Assembly (NCBI GenBank): GCA_009103225.1
Contig: RHPI01002048.1
Span: forward strand, 890,529 to 954,528
Length of the DNA stretch: 64,000 nucleotides
Source: Chlorokybus atmophyticus
Lineage: Eukaryota > Plantae > Mesostigma and Chlorokybus algae
Direction: 5' to 3'
Positions 47,716 through 59,302 of the stretch are shown one piece after another. Both the position numbers and the translations under genes were made by a program. The notes below the pieces were generated by a model that saw nothing but the letters and a program-made list of their open reading frames with translations, ran no database searches and was not told the origin of the DNA. Within the stretch, counting starts at the first letter, position 1, and each line of letters opens with the position of its first letter.

Positions 47716-49783
47716 ATGTCGTCGTCGTTGGCGGCGTCAGCGACGGCGACGACCATCTGCTGGGTACCCTCGCCCGCGGCAGGGAGGACAAGGAGGCGAC
47801 CGCCGCCGCAAACAGAAGCTGCCGTTGTGCGGAGGCGTCCAGCGCTGCTTCCAGCACCATCGCCCCTGTCCACGACCAGGACAGGGAGGTGTAGGGGTAG
47901 GGGGCGGTATGAGGGGAGCAGCAGGCCGGATGTGCAGGCGGCGGCGGAAGCGGCAGCGACGTCCTCGACGTCGTCTTCTTCATCATCACTGGAGGAGTTG
48001 AGGAGGAGGTTTCAGCTGGAGAAAGTACGCATCGGGGAGGCACGAGGAACAGAGGGCGCCGTCGTCGTCATCAAGCTGCTGGTCAGCCACAGCCACACGT
48101 GCATGCGAGATATGTATGCGTGGCATGCAAAGTGCGTGCGTTTTGAGTTGCATGCTTGTGCAAAGAGCCCACAACCAAAGTCAGCCGCTTCCTGTAATGA
48201 CGCACACGGTCGGTGTATGTGCTGAGGTTTACGCTGCTCCCAATTCGCAAACCCCCGCAAGTACCCTGATCATCCATGTTGTATATAGGTGTGAGAGTAT
48301 GCGCACGCACCCATACACGTGCACACATCCAAACGCACACATGCACACGTACGCATGCACAAACGCGCACATGCTTTGTATGTGTGTGCACACGCCGGCG
48401 TTTGCACACATGTGCACACTTAAACTACCCCCCTTCCCCCCTACCACACACGCAGTGCATCAGGGTGCATGTTGTTTTGCATACAGCCAGTACAGCGCTT
48501 GCATATATAGTGTGCTGCGGCAATCTAGACCCTGTGTGAGCCGCCAAACAGCACGGCATGTAGCAAACATGCATCGCGTCATTCATGCTCGCTGCCCGTG
48601 CATTCAAGCTGCTATACATGATGCGTAGCTGGAGACATGTGACGAGCTTGCGCATCGCACTCAGTCGGGTTTTGGGCCCCTCTCATCTCATCTCTGTCCT
48701 TTTGTAGGCAGCGGATGACGGAGAAGTGCGCATCGCGCTCGAACAAGGCCGAGCCCCTCGTATCACATCCCTCAAATCAAGGTACACGACGCTGCGACGC
48801 GCACACGCGTACATGCACGCACGTGCCTTGCGATGGGTGTGGACGCTTAAACCAGCTTCGAGCATGTGGCAGGCTGTACTACGGTGTTGTTGAGGAGCTG
48901 CTGAGCGTCTACCTCAACCCCCGCGACGGCAGGATAGAGGGCGGCATCGAGCTCTCATGCGCAGCTGCGTCGCCCGCAAGAGAACAACAACAGCAACACT
49001 GGCACATCTTGTCTGCCGATGGCAACGAGCACATCGCACAGGTACGCGCATACACGTGCTCAAGTTCTCCTCCTTCAACACGTTTAGCACAGAGTCCATA
49101 CGCAACATCATTGCTAGGTGGTGTTTGAGTGTGAGGTTGGCGCGTTCGCGTACACGTACGGGTTGACTCTCCGCGCGGGCAAGCTGGTGTGCAGTCTTTC
49201 GTGCCGCCACACCGCTGCAGCGCTCCCCGTGGACGCCGCGGAGGATCTCCCCACTATGCGCGTGCGTCCCCACTGGCGCGTGAGCCACGCCATGTCCGTG
49301 TACGTGCAGGGGCTGCGGGGTCTGCGCTACCGCGACGACGCCACGGGACGACTCGCCACCAACACGCGCGCACGCGACGCCCTCGTGCCAGCACCAGGCA
49401 TCCAACGCACCTACCTCGCACACGCAGAGAACAACGACACCACCACCACCACCACCACCACCACCAACAACAACACCAGCACCGTCGTGCTGTCGGATGA
49501 GGTGAGCAGCAATTACCCTGACCCTGTTCAGGCCGATGTTGTCATTAACTCCCAGGACAAGCTTGTATCTCTCCATCAGGGGCGGCGCATGTCGCTGATC
49601 TTGCAGTCGACCTTCGGGGAGGTGTTGTTGCATTCGCGGAGTCGAGACGGCGACGATGGCTTTGACGAAGCTGTGCCTCCCACCGTGTGCTTGGGTGCAT
49701 CGGCGTCGAGCGCGTTCGCGCCGCTGCGCGTGGGAGCGGGGGAGACGTGGCAAGCGGAGTTTAGAGTGCAGTTAGACGAGTAA
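47716..49783 (+). CDS. Plastid-targeted galactose-mutarotase/aldose-epimerase-fold protein, NDF5/PnsB2-like (probably non-catalytic)
   Basis: Ser/Ala/Arg-rich transit-peptide-like N-terminus; ITSLKSRLYYGVVEELLS, EGGIEL, AQVVFEC, VYVQGLRGLRY, VCLGAS...PLRVGAGETWQAEF; the HGFAR, LHTY and CVE catalytic motifs are absent. Confidence 0.6.
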
Positions 49784-49953
49784 TGACATGAGTTGGGTAG
49801 AGACAGTTAGCAATCTCTGCCACGTTGGCACAGTTTGTGTCCTGTGTTAATGCAAGCGCTCGCTCAGTCAGTTTGACAATATACAACGGTTGTTGATACA
49901 CTGCACACAGCCACTATAAACCAAGTATAATGTACAAGTCTATGCCTGTCAAT

Positions 49954-52900
49954 CTAGCGTGTCCTGGCACTCTTGCCCACTCCTCTGTCACTAACCCCGC
50001 CCGCCGTCCCTTTCCTCTTCGCTGCCACATTGCTGACACTTCCGCTCCCGCTCTGCATCTTGCTGACGCTGCCAAAGATGCCGCTGGTCTTCCCCGCGGA
50101 CTCGGGCGCGGCCGCCTCCACCCTCCTGGCAAAGGGGTTGGCGGGAGGGCACTTGGCGCCGCTGTTGCTCACCCCCGCCTCCCTTGCCTTGAGGAAAGGG
50201 TTTGTTGATTTGTGGGACTGCTGTTGTTGTGGTAAGGCATTGTTGGTTGTGGTGGCCTGCTTGCACTTCTCCTGCTGCTGCTCAGTCTCTTGCTGCCGGT
50301 TGTTGGGCTTCTTGCGACTCACCGACTTGGTTGTGGACGGTGTCACGGGCTCCACCTCATCGTCATCCCAGTCTCTGATGGCGGTCTTCACGGTTGGCTG
50401 TGCCTCCTCACGCCTGTCGCAAACAATCTCCTCTACATCTTCCTCCTTCTCGTCGTCACCACCAGCCACGAAGGCGTGGCGGCTGTTGCTGGCTGGGCCG
50501 GGTGGCTGCGCGGGCGTGGGTGTCGCGAACGTCACCTTCTTCACCGGCGCGGGCGTGACAAACGCTGACGGCGAGGCGGTTGCAGCCGCATTCGTGCAAA
50601 AGGAGGGCTTGTTGGGCTCTGCTTGTGCTGAAGCCGCAGCCGCAGCAGCTGCCATTGCCGCCTGCTCAGCCTCCTCCTCGGCCTGCATCCTAGCCTGCAT
50701 CAACAGCGTGTGTGAGAATGACAATGACAATGACAGAACATCACCCACCCACCATGCACTGTCATCTCACCTCTAGGAGGAGGTTGAGTCGTTCTGCGAG
50801 GGCTGGCAGTCGCATGGCTGTGGCGATGCGTACGGCTCCCTCCAGTGACTTGTGCAGCGCGAGCATGTGTGCCATCTCCAGCGCGCGCATGAGCCTGTCT
50901 CCCTTGCACGCGGCCGCGATCATGCGCAGCAGACACCTGTCCATCTGCGCCTCCTGATCCAACAGCGAATCCTCGCTCCCTCCCCCTCCCCCTCCCTCTC
51001 CTCCCTCATCCTCCTGCTGCGTGCGCATGCGCGCCAGCGTCATCGTGCCGCGCAGGTACTCCTCCTCGAGGTCGGTCGGGGCTGCGCCCACGTCGGATTC
51101 AAGCACGGGCACGGCTAGCTTCAGCTCGCTCAGCACGGGACGCGGGTGCACGCTGGGGTGCGCGGAGGGGCCCTTGCACACCACGCATACAACCTCCGTG
51201 TCGCTCACGCCAACCACCCAGTGGCTCTCACTCTCGTTCTGCCTGTCAGCCGCCGAGCTGCGACACCATAACCAACACACAACCGTAAGCAGCATGCCTA
51301 TGAACCTTGCAGCGCATTCGTCAATACACATCAACATCCTGCTGACCTGAACACCGGCACCCAGCAGCCATCATACTGTGGACTGTGGACCCTCAGGACG
51401 CCCTGCATTCAAGCACAAATCATGTCACTTCAACGCTTGCCTTACAAGCAGGCAAGCTGGCGGTACCACAACAATACTAAGGTACCTTGGAGTCTGAGGT
51501 TGCGAGCGCCCCCGACTCTGAGAAGCCCAACCATGTGAGCGTGGCAGCAGGAGAGAGGGGCAGCGCACCCCCTGCCACCTTCGCTTGCTCCCCTTCCGTC
51601 CCCACAGAGTACACCGCAAACTCCAGCATCTGCAGACACACAAATGCGAGTTGCTTAGCCATGTTTGCACAAGTGAATGCATGTGGCAGTGGTTGTGTCT
51701 CAGTGGTGAGACCTGGTCGCCGTCGTAAGATGGAGGTGATGCGTGCCAGACCGCAGCCAGGAGGTGGTCGTGGCCGGCAAGGGCAACGACGGGGCCCGGC
51801 AGCGAGAGGATGAATCGCTGCACGCCCGACTCGGAGAACACGCGCAGGAACCGCTCGCTGGTCGCCGCAGCCACCCACCGCTTCCCCACCGCAACGGCCT
51901 CCACGTTCTCGCTTCCCGCGAATGTGCGCGTCCACTACACAGTCCAGATGCAATGCATGAGCGCCAAGAGACACACATCCACTATGCATCTACCATATAC
52001 TATCATATACTCACGTCTGAGTTGGATGCCCACGCATTGAAGGGTCGATAGAACAGCGTGGCCGGTTCCCTCGACGCGTACGCCGCCCCGTTCTCTCCCA
52101 GTGCCGCGACCCCAAAGCCGTAGTGGTTGGTCATGGCGGGGATGCGGGCGCCGCGCATGGTGTCGTGGAACTCCACCTCGATCGTCGAACGACCGCCCTC
52201 GTCCTCGCGCGCGCTGATGGTGCCGACCAGCGTGAACGCCAGGAAACGACGACGGCTGGCATCCGGTGGGGTAGACCCTGGCTGGAATGCGGGCTGCCTC
52301 TGCAAGTGTGTGTGTATTGTTGGCACATTAAGCAATGTGACTCGCATCACAGCTGTGAGGGCTTACTTGTGGCAAAGGTCGCGCTGTTGGTGGAAGCCTT
52401 GTGCGCGCTTTACTGTTGAATGCCTTGTCCTTGGCTGCCAAGTTGAAGCACATTGCTTGCGTCAACCGTGGCACTGATCATGCACAGCAGATCCTAAACC
52501 CAAAACACTGTATGTGCTTACCCTTTCCGTTACGTGGCCTGGCTTTGAAGTTGTCATAGCCATCATCTTCGTCATTACCATCATTGGAGGCAGCCGCGCC
52601 AGAGTCACATGCATCCCCATCCTCCCGATCGCTGATCCCTCCTCTCTTCTCCCCACCCTCCTCCTCCTTCTCTTCCTCCTCCTCCTCCTCAAACTCATAC
52701 AGTCGCCTCTCAGCCTCCTTATCTTTGGCATTCGTTGGCGCTGCGGGCGGCGTGAGAAGCGCTGGGACAGCTCCCTCCCACACTCCATATTTCCCTTCCT
52801 GATCCGCGAGTGCCAGTGCGTTACGGGACGGGTGCCACGCCATTCCCGTCACGAGGCAGTCCTGTTTATGACACTCCAGCTCTCTCCTCTCAGCGACGTC

Positions 52901-54519
52901 CCACAGCACCACGTGCTTGTCCGCGCCCGCCGTCGCGAGGTACAGACCGTTGGGGGACCACGCAAGCAACGACACGGGCGCCGTGTGTGTGCCCTCCAAA
53001 CAGAAGGCGGGCTTCCATGTTGAGCGCTCGTATGCCACCACGCCATTGCCGGAAACAGACGGGACCGCAAGCCATGTGCCATCGGGGTGCCACGCAATCT
53101 TGTTGAGAGACAAATCGTTGCCCTTCACGTTGGGACACACCTTGGGGGAGAGGGGGAGAAGAAACAAAGTCAGCATGCATGCATGAGCACGCATGACGCA
53201 TGCACGCACGCATGACGCATGCATACACACATGCATGCATGTGCGGGCGCATGGATGCGAGTGTGTACGTGTGCGAGCGCGTGTACACACGAATATACAC
53301 ACATGCACGCACACACGCGAGCACGCACGCGCGCACGCACGCACGCATCACTCACTCATGTCCCACCTTGCTGAGGGTTTGCACGAGCTTGCCATCGATG
53401 GACCACACCGCCACCGTTCCATCATCCCCCGCCGCCGCCACATAGTCACTCCTTGGATCATACGCGATCGCCCTCACATACGCATTGAGTCCCCTCAACA
53501 CTCTCACAACACTAAAATCCCCCATACTAATCAGCTTCACTCCGTCATCATCTCCCGCCGCCGCCAGTACGCTCGCAGACGGCGAGTAGGCTATGCACCG
53601 CGCTGGGAGGGTGAAGCGCGTGACGTTGGTGAGGAAGTCGCCGTCGGGGAGGGAGTAGAGGCGCACGGTGCGGTCGACAGAGGCCGTGGCGAAGGCGTCG
53701 CCCTTGGGAGAGATGGAGAGAGAAGAGATGGCGTCATGAGCGTCGGATTGGGATGTTGTCTCTTCCAGTGTGGACGCGTTGTGCACACGGACGTGGCAGT
53801 CGGCACCTGAAGTTAATACCAGCTCGCCATCCTGGAGTGAATGAGGCCAAGAGATTGAGCGACGATAACAACAACTACAACAGCCAGCAAGCGAGATGTC
53901 GTGCTTATGATGCAGCCCATTTGTTGCTGCGTGTTCGTTGATGAATGCATGAGAGGCCTTCGTTGCAAACCATCAGCGATAGAATGCAGCCGCTGTGCTG
54001 CATGCTCCCATTCAAGGCATGCTCACGCGCGCCAGATGCTGTGCAATCACGCTTCTTTGGCTACGCTACTCGCGGGGTGCATGAATGACAGCTCTCCTGC
54101 ACACTGTTGTACTCCTTGCATATACACATGCCATGTATCGAGCAAGCATGTGTTGCGCATCGCTCCCAGGCGCAAGGCGCAGATTGTGCGGCAGCCATTG
54201 GGGAGATAGCGTGGTGATCGCCTGCCTGACCATGCTCATGCCAATAGCGCTGCAAGCTGGCTCTCGTGCATCGCACAGGGCATTCATCTAGCGAATCGGT
54301 AGAAAGGCCACTCGCGTATGCTAGCGGCGTGTGCGTCTAGGCATGCCAGGCAGCAGTGATAGGCGGCAAGACCTTATCGAAGGCGATGTCTGTGAGTCCG
54401 GCCATGTGTGCAAACTTTGTCGCGAGCGAGGCGCGTTGCCCTCCTTTCCTGCTCCCTCCGCTCCCTCCGCTCCCTCCTCCTCCGCTGCCCGTCGCCGCCG
54501 CCGCCGCCATGGCTGCCAC
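49954..54519 (-). CDS. WDHD1: WD repeat and HMG-box DNA-binding protein 1 / AND-1 / Ctf4 homolog (replisome hub)
   Basis: AHMAGLTDIAFDK|DGELVLTSGAD, WD40 repeats with TRFTLPAR, FQPGSTP...RRFLAFTLVG (SepB/Mcl1 middle domain), ACKGDRLMRALE...LPALAERL. Confidence 0.9.
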
Positions 54520-54863
54520 CCTTGCGACCCCTGGTGCCCACGCCAGTGGAGGAGGAGGCCCACTACCACGACGACGGTGTTGGCGCCAAATGTTTGCGTG
54601 TTTGGATTTGGGGGTGGGGCAGAGTGTTGTTAGTCACACGCGTGATGCGAGGCGTGACGGGCTTGGCGACGGTGTGACACGCGCGGCCCGGCTCAGTAGT
54701 GTCAGCGTCAGCGTCGGCGTCAGCGGCCAAGTCGGCGGCGGCAGCGTTGCTCCACCTCAAGCCCTGCAGGCGTTCTTTGGGGCAGAGAGGTCTCGGCTAG
54801 GCCAGCTCAACTCTGCTGAGTGGCTGCCCCCACTCCTTTGGCTCCTCCGCTCCCGTCCCGTTG

Positions 54864-56002
54864 ATGGAGGCGGTCGGGGCGGTGTGGGCGCCCTCGCACC
54901 CATCGTCGACCACCGTCCTCCGGCGTCGACGTGCTGTGGGAAGATCGGCGAGGAGGAGGGTACAACGCGGCCACGTGGTGGTGTCGGCGTTGAGGAGCGA
55001 GAGGCCCCTTGAAGACAACGGCAGCGGCAACGACGCACAGAGCTTTGCGCAGCGACTAGACCGAGCATGGACCATTGCAAGGGTGAGAGCATACAGCCTT
55101 TTCTTGTCTGCTGTCCATGACACCTTTGATTGAGTTGGTCCTCTTGATCGCCATACACGCTGCTTTCGCCAAAGCGTTGGTGCCGTGTGTGAGGTGGCCT
55201 TCTCAGGTTAGGCTGTTACGTAGTCTGCGCTCGTGTGCGATCAACTCGAAGATCTTACCGTAGTATTGTGTAGGTAGTTTCCAGTTGTTTTTCTTTTCTT
55301 CTCCTTCTCTTGCATGTAATCATTTTACTTTGAGTGGTTATGTCTGTTGTTTTTCTTCAAGTGTATGTTTATCGCAGCCTTGACAACTTCGTTTGTCAGC
55401 GTGTTCAGAACTCGTTGCCACAGCTTTCGGATCCATCCGACCATCGTTCCTTGTTATACCACCTCACCTAACACAGGAGTACCTCTGCTTTTGCGCAAGA
55501 ATCCGTTGCTGTTACCATGCACGCTGCATGAGCATGTGTTGTCAGTGACTGATGTTCAGCCGCCACAACCATTCACTTTTCGGCCGACTGACTGCATCCC
55601 GGCTGTGTTCGTGCGCGCAGCAACCGCGTCCCGTGCCGTGCAGCGGGTGCCGTGCCTCGGGCGAGGAGGAGTGCCAGTGGTGCCATGGCACGGGCGTGCT
55701 CACTGTGGGGGACCTCATGCTATGCACCGTCGATGGCAACTGCCGATGCCGCGTCTGCAAGGGACGGGTAAGTCATGTACTTGCTTTTCGCACATTGATT
55801 GCGAGTTCAGGGAACCCACACGCGCTGCTTGTGGGCCTTCTTCTGATCAGGATTGCTGTGGTGCTGTCCTGGTGATCTGCGTCTGAGTCGACAAGTGTCT
55901 TGACTCTTGCAGTTGTTGCAGGGGTTCAACAAGTGCGATCGGTGTAAAGGCACGGGTCAGGTGGCCAGCTGGCTAGACATGCGACAGAACCAGCCAGATT
56001 AG
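54864..56002 (+). CDS. Plastid DnaJ-like cysteine-rich zinc-finger protein without a J-domain (TSIP1/At2g24860-like), 3 exons (54864-55082, 55621-55767, 55922-56002)
   Basis: RLDRAWTIAR|QPRPVPCSGCRASGEEECQWCHGTGVLTVGDLMLC...CRVCKGR|GFNKCDRCKGTGQVASWL; four CxxCxGxG-type repeats. Confidence 0.85.
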
Positions 56003-56505
56003 GACACAAGCGTGACCAGCACTGGAAGCACCAAATTCGTTTCGCTCAGAGAATGTAGGCATCGCCCAGTGATTGTGACATCTGGCAGTCTGGCGGTGCA
56101 CGGCGTGCACACCGCACCACGTCACTGGCCGGCAGCAGACACCTGCTGCCTCTCTTGTAATTAGCTGTACAGATTGTTTAGGGTGTTGTAGTGCAGTGTG
56201 GACGGCAGCAGCTGGTGCCTGCATAAGGGACGCTGCCAGTGCGCTTGCAAGACAGTAGAGTGCACAAGCTGTGGGAGGGTGTAAAGCAGAATGTAGATAG
56301 TTGCATTGCACGAGTAGTAGGATTGGTACTCACAGCGGCATTAACAAGAATGGACGCTGGCTAATGGTCATACGCAATGGCCAAGGAGCACATCCACATC
56401 ATCAAGGCGGCTCACTATCTAGCCTGCCTGATGTGCATCTTGGTGAATTTGTATTTGTGCACGTGAGTCTGCACACCATTCTGCAGGTTACTTACCATTT
56501 GCAGT

Positions 56506-56658
56506 TGTGTCCACCGCGTGTTGAGCCCGGCCTCCACACAGGCAGGTGCGGTGTTGGCCATAAGGGCATAAAAATTGTGCATGACTTGGTGCCTGTGCTT
56601 TGCTTGTGTGATATGTAAGTGTGACTCGTGGAGGCCGGGCTCAACAGCCATGGACACA
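56506..56658. other. Fold-back (MITE-like or pre-miRNA-like) segment
   Basis: Perfect 19-bp inverted repeat TGTTGAGCCCGGCCTCCAC (56519-56537 and 56628-56646), extended by TGTGTCCA...TGGACACA. Confidence 0.75.
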
Positions 56659-57599
56659 TGCATCCTTGCATGACTAATGGGGTTTTGAATAGAGGGGCAG
56701 CAGCGGTGGTAGTGTCGTAGCTAGGCAGCCCGGTGGTGAATATGTTGTGATGATAATGAGTTGGTTGATGAGTAGCGTGCTTGCCATGTTGCTTGCATGT
56801 ACTACACCATGCTTGTACGCATGGACACTTGCATGCGCAGTCGCACATCACATCTATTGTAAAACGGCAAATGGTAAGTAAATATAAATGGTGTGCAACA
56901 CAGATACTCAAATCGCGATAACATTGGCGTGGCCCATGGCCATAGCTTGTTATCAGTAAGATCTACACCAACCCTGGCACTGTAGAGCTGATTGATAAGT
57001 TTTTTCGGCCGTTGGCGTGCTATCAACATGGCTCCTGAATGCGAATGAATGCGTTCACAGTGGTCACTCACCAACCGCATCACCTGCAGTGGTTGAGCTA
57101 CCACGTTCACTGCCAACACCCAACAGATGTTGCGCATACGGCCAGCGAGCAGTCTACTCAGAATGGCTTACGCATGCGTTGGCACAATTTGCAGCACATT
57201 TCCGTGGCAACAGTGCTCGTCAAGCCTTATGTCACTAGATCCAAGTTGCGAGTACACTACGCCCACACTTCAGATTGATTGCATACAAATTATTTCATCA
57301 CAAACTTGGAACCTACTACAGTGGCTGCAGGATGTACAACTGACCCTTTCAGCAGCCTGCACGCGGTCTCTCTGTGCAACGCTTTACGTCACGCAGCACA
57401 AGCGGCAGTGCCGCCACAGCATTGGCCACGTAGAAACAGTTGGAAGCCGCGAGCACTCGAAGCAACGCTTGTTGCAATAGAGCATAGTGCGACATACAGT
57501 CATCGTGCACTGCGGCCGCTTACTCATGCCCCTCCCTTGTGCTCTCGTGCTGTACTCCTCTTTGTGCAAACAAGCACGCGAGTGTGTTCCATGGAACGG

Positions 57600-58706
57600 C
57601 TACCTCTTGCCCATGTCTTTTCCGCGTGACTTGGGCGCCACCTCCTCAAGCACGATGCCGTCTTGCATCACTTCGGGTCTCAGCTGCACCTCTGCGCATG
57701 AGCACAGACACAACGTATTCGGTCCATCCACACATGCAAGCAGGACGTGCGTGTGTGTTGGTTGTTGTGTGGTACCGTAGTTGCCGCGGTCGTTGAGGGG
57801 CGCCTGCACTATGTTCTGTTCGATGAAGGCTGCGGCCTCTCGGCCCTCATCCAGGTTCGCGCGCACACGCTCGGGGTCCGTCTCCCCGCGCCTCGACGCG
57901 AAGAGTGTCCTTGCCTCGCGCTGCGCAGCCTCCTGGGCAACGTGGCGCAAGCATCAGCATTTTGCTCAAGCGCGCGTTATCTAACATGCAGCATAGTGTG
58001 CTCATAACGCTGATGTTGCAGCGTGCGCACACGCACACGCAGATGCCGGTGAGGGACTGAGAGGCTGCTCGTGAGCTCACTATCTGCACACGTGTGCGTG
58101 CAGCAGTATTGTTGTCGAGACCAGTGGCTGATCTACTGAGTGGTAACAACCGTAGCTGCTGTGTCGCGCATTCACCAACACATGCATCTCTGAGCGGGGA
58201 CGGCAGCAGATGGTGCAGTCGTTTGCATGCTCATGCTCGTGCTCGTGCATGCATGTCCACGTGACTGACGACAAAGAAGCATGTACGACTCTCAATGCCT
58301 GCCTTCACAGAGCCAATCCAATAGCTGAGTATTGCGCACAACTTGGGAAGCGCCTTCATGCTGTTGTGTTCGCTGTATAATGCTGTCGGTTTCATGGAAA
58401 ACCACTGACTTCGCGTGGCGGGTGAGGCCAAAATACACTATCACAACAAATTTAGCTACAGGAGCTGTACGTGACACCATGAACATCATCATCGACAACA
58501 ACAGCACCATCATGCTTGTCAGCCAACATGACCGACCTTGGCTCAGTTTTGCGACTACTACTGCAGCGGCTGGTAAGCGTTACCTTCATGCTGGGGTCAT
58601 TGCCAAAGACGCGTCGTATGGAGCGCAGCACCTGCCTGTACACCACCACCCCCTCACCCGCCGCCACCGCCGCCGCCGCCGCCATCACCACCAGCGCCGG
58701 CGGCAC
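57600..58706 (-). CDS. LYRM7: LYR-motif protein, MZM1/LYRM7 (complex III Rieske chaperone), 3 exons (58706-58584, 57932-57776, 57691-57600)
   Basis: VYRQVLRSIRRVFGND...EARTLF...LDEGREAAAFIEQNIVQAPLNDRGNY; the start could be 58685. Confidence 0.8.
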
Positions 58707-59302
58707 TGGACAGGGTCACGTCACCCGGACACACAAAGTAGCCGTATCGTGCAACACGTAACCGGCGACCGGCAGTGTATTCTGAGATCAAAGCTTCTTT
58801 TTTCACACTCACTGGTGCACGTGATGACGAGTTGGCCCGCCGCCGCTGTTGTTGTTGTTGTTGTTGTCATTGTTGCTTGCGGCGGGAAAACTGATAGACT
58901 GTGCGACACGCCTGAAGCAGAGTGATGGTGCGGCCTGGGGTTTGACGACTGTGTCTGGGAAGCTTCAGTGCAGAGGAGAGAAGGCGCTGGGACATTGCGT
59001 TGGTTGGGTGGGGTCTGTGCTCTCTTCACTGTCAACACCTTCACATTGCGTGGGCATCAACCACTGGGCGACTGCACACCGACAGCATCGAAACACTGCT
59101 GTTGCTGCAAATATGGACGCATAGATTCAGTCGGTTACCATTGCTCTTTGCGTGTCTAGACAGATGCACTGCTAGAACTGACAGTGTAGTGAGTCAGGGT
59201 GACGGCAGGTGCGAGCAGGAGTGGGATGTCTGCATAGTGACTGATAGAGAGGCAAAGGAGACCTGGTCGTGGGAAGACACAGTAGTGCTGTTTCGATTGC
59301 CA

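Noticed and set aside
47716-49783. Active glucose-6-phosphate 1-epimerase
   Set aside because: The catalytic HGFAR, LHTY and CVE motifs are replaced
54864-56002. Canonical DnaJ/Hsp40
   Set aside because: No J-domain or HPD motif; only the zinc-finger repeats are present
56802-57570. Protein-like minus-strand frames between the zinc-finger gene and LYRM7
   Set aside because: Interrupted by stops, with no consistent splice model or known motif; cannot be supported as a gene
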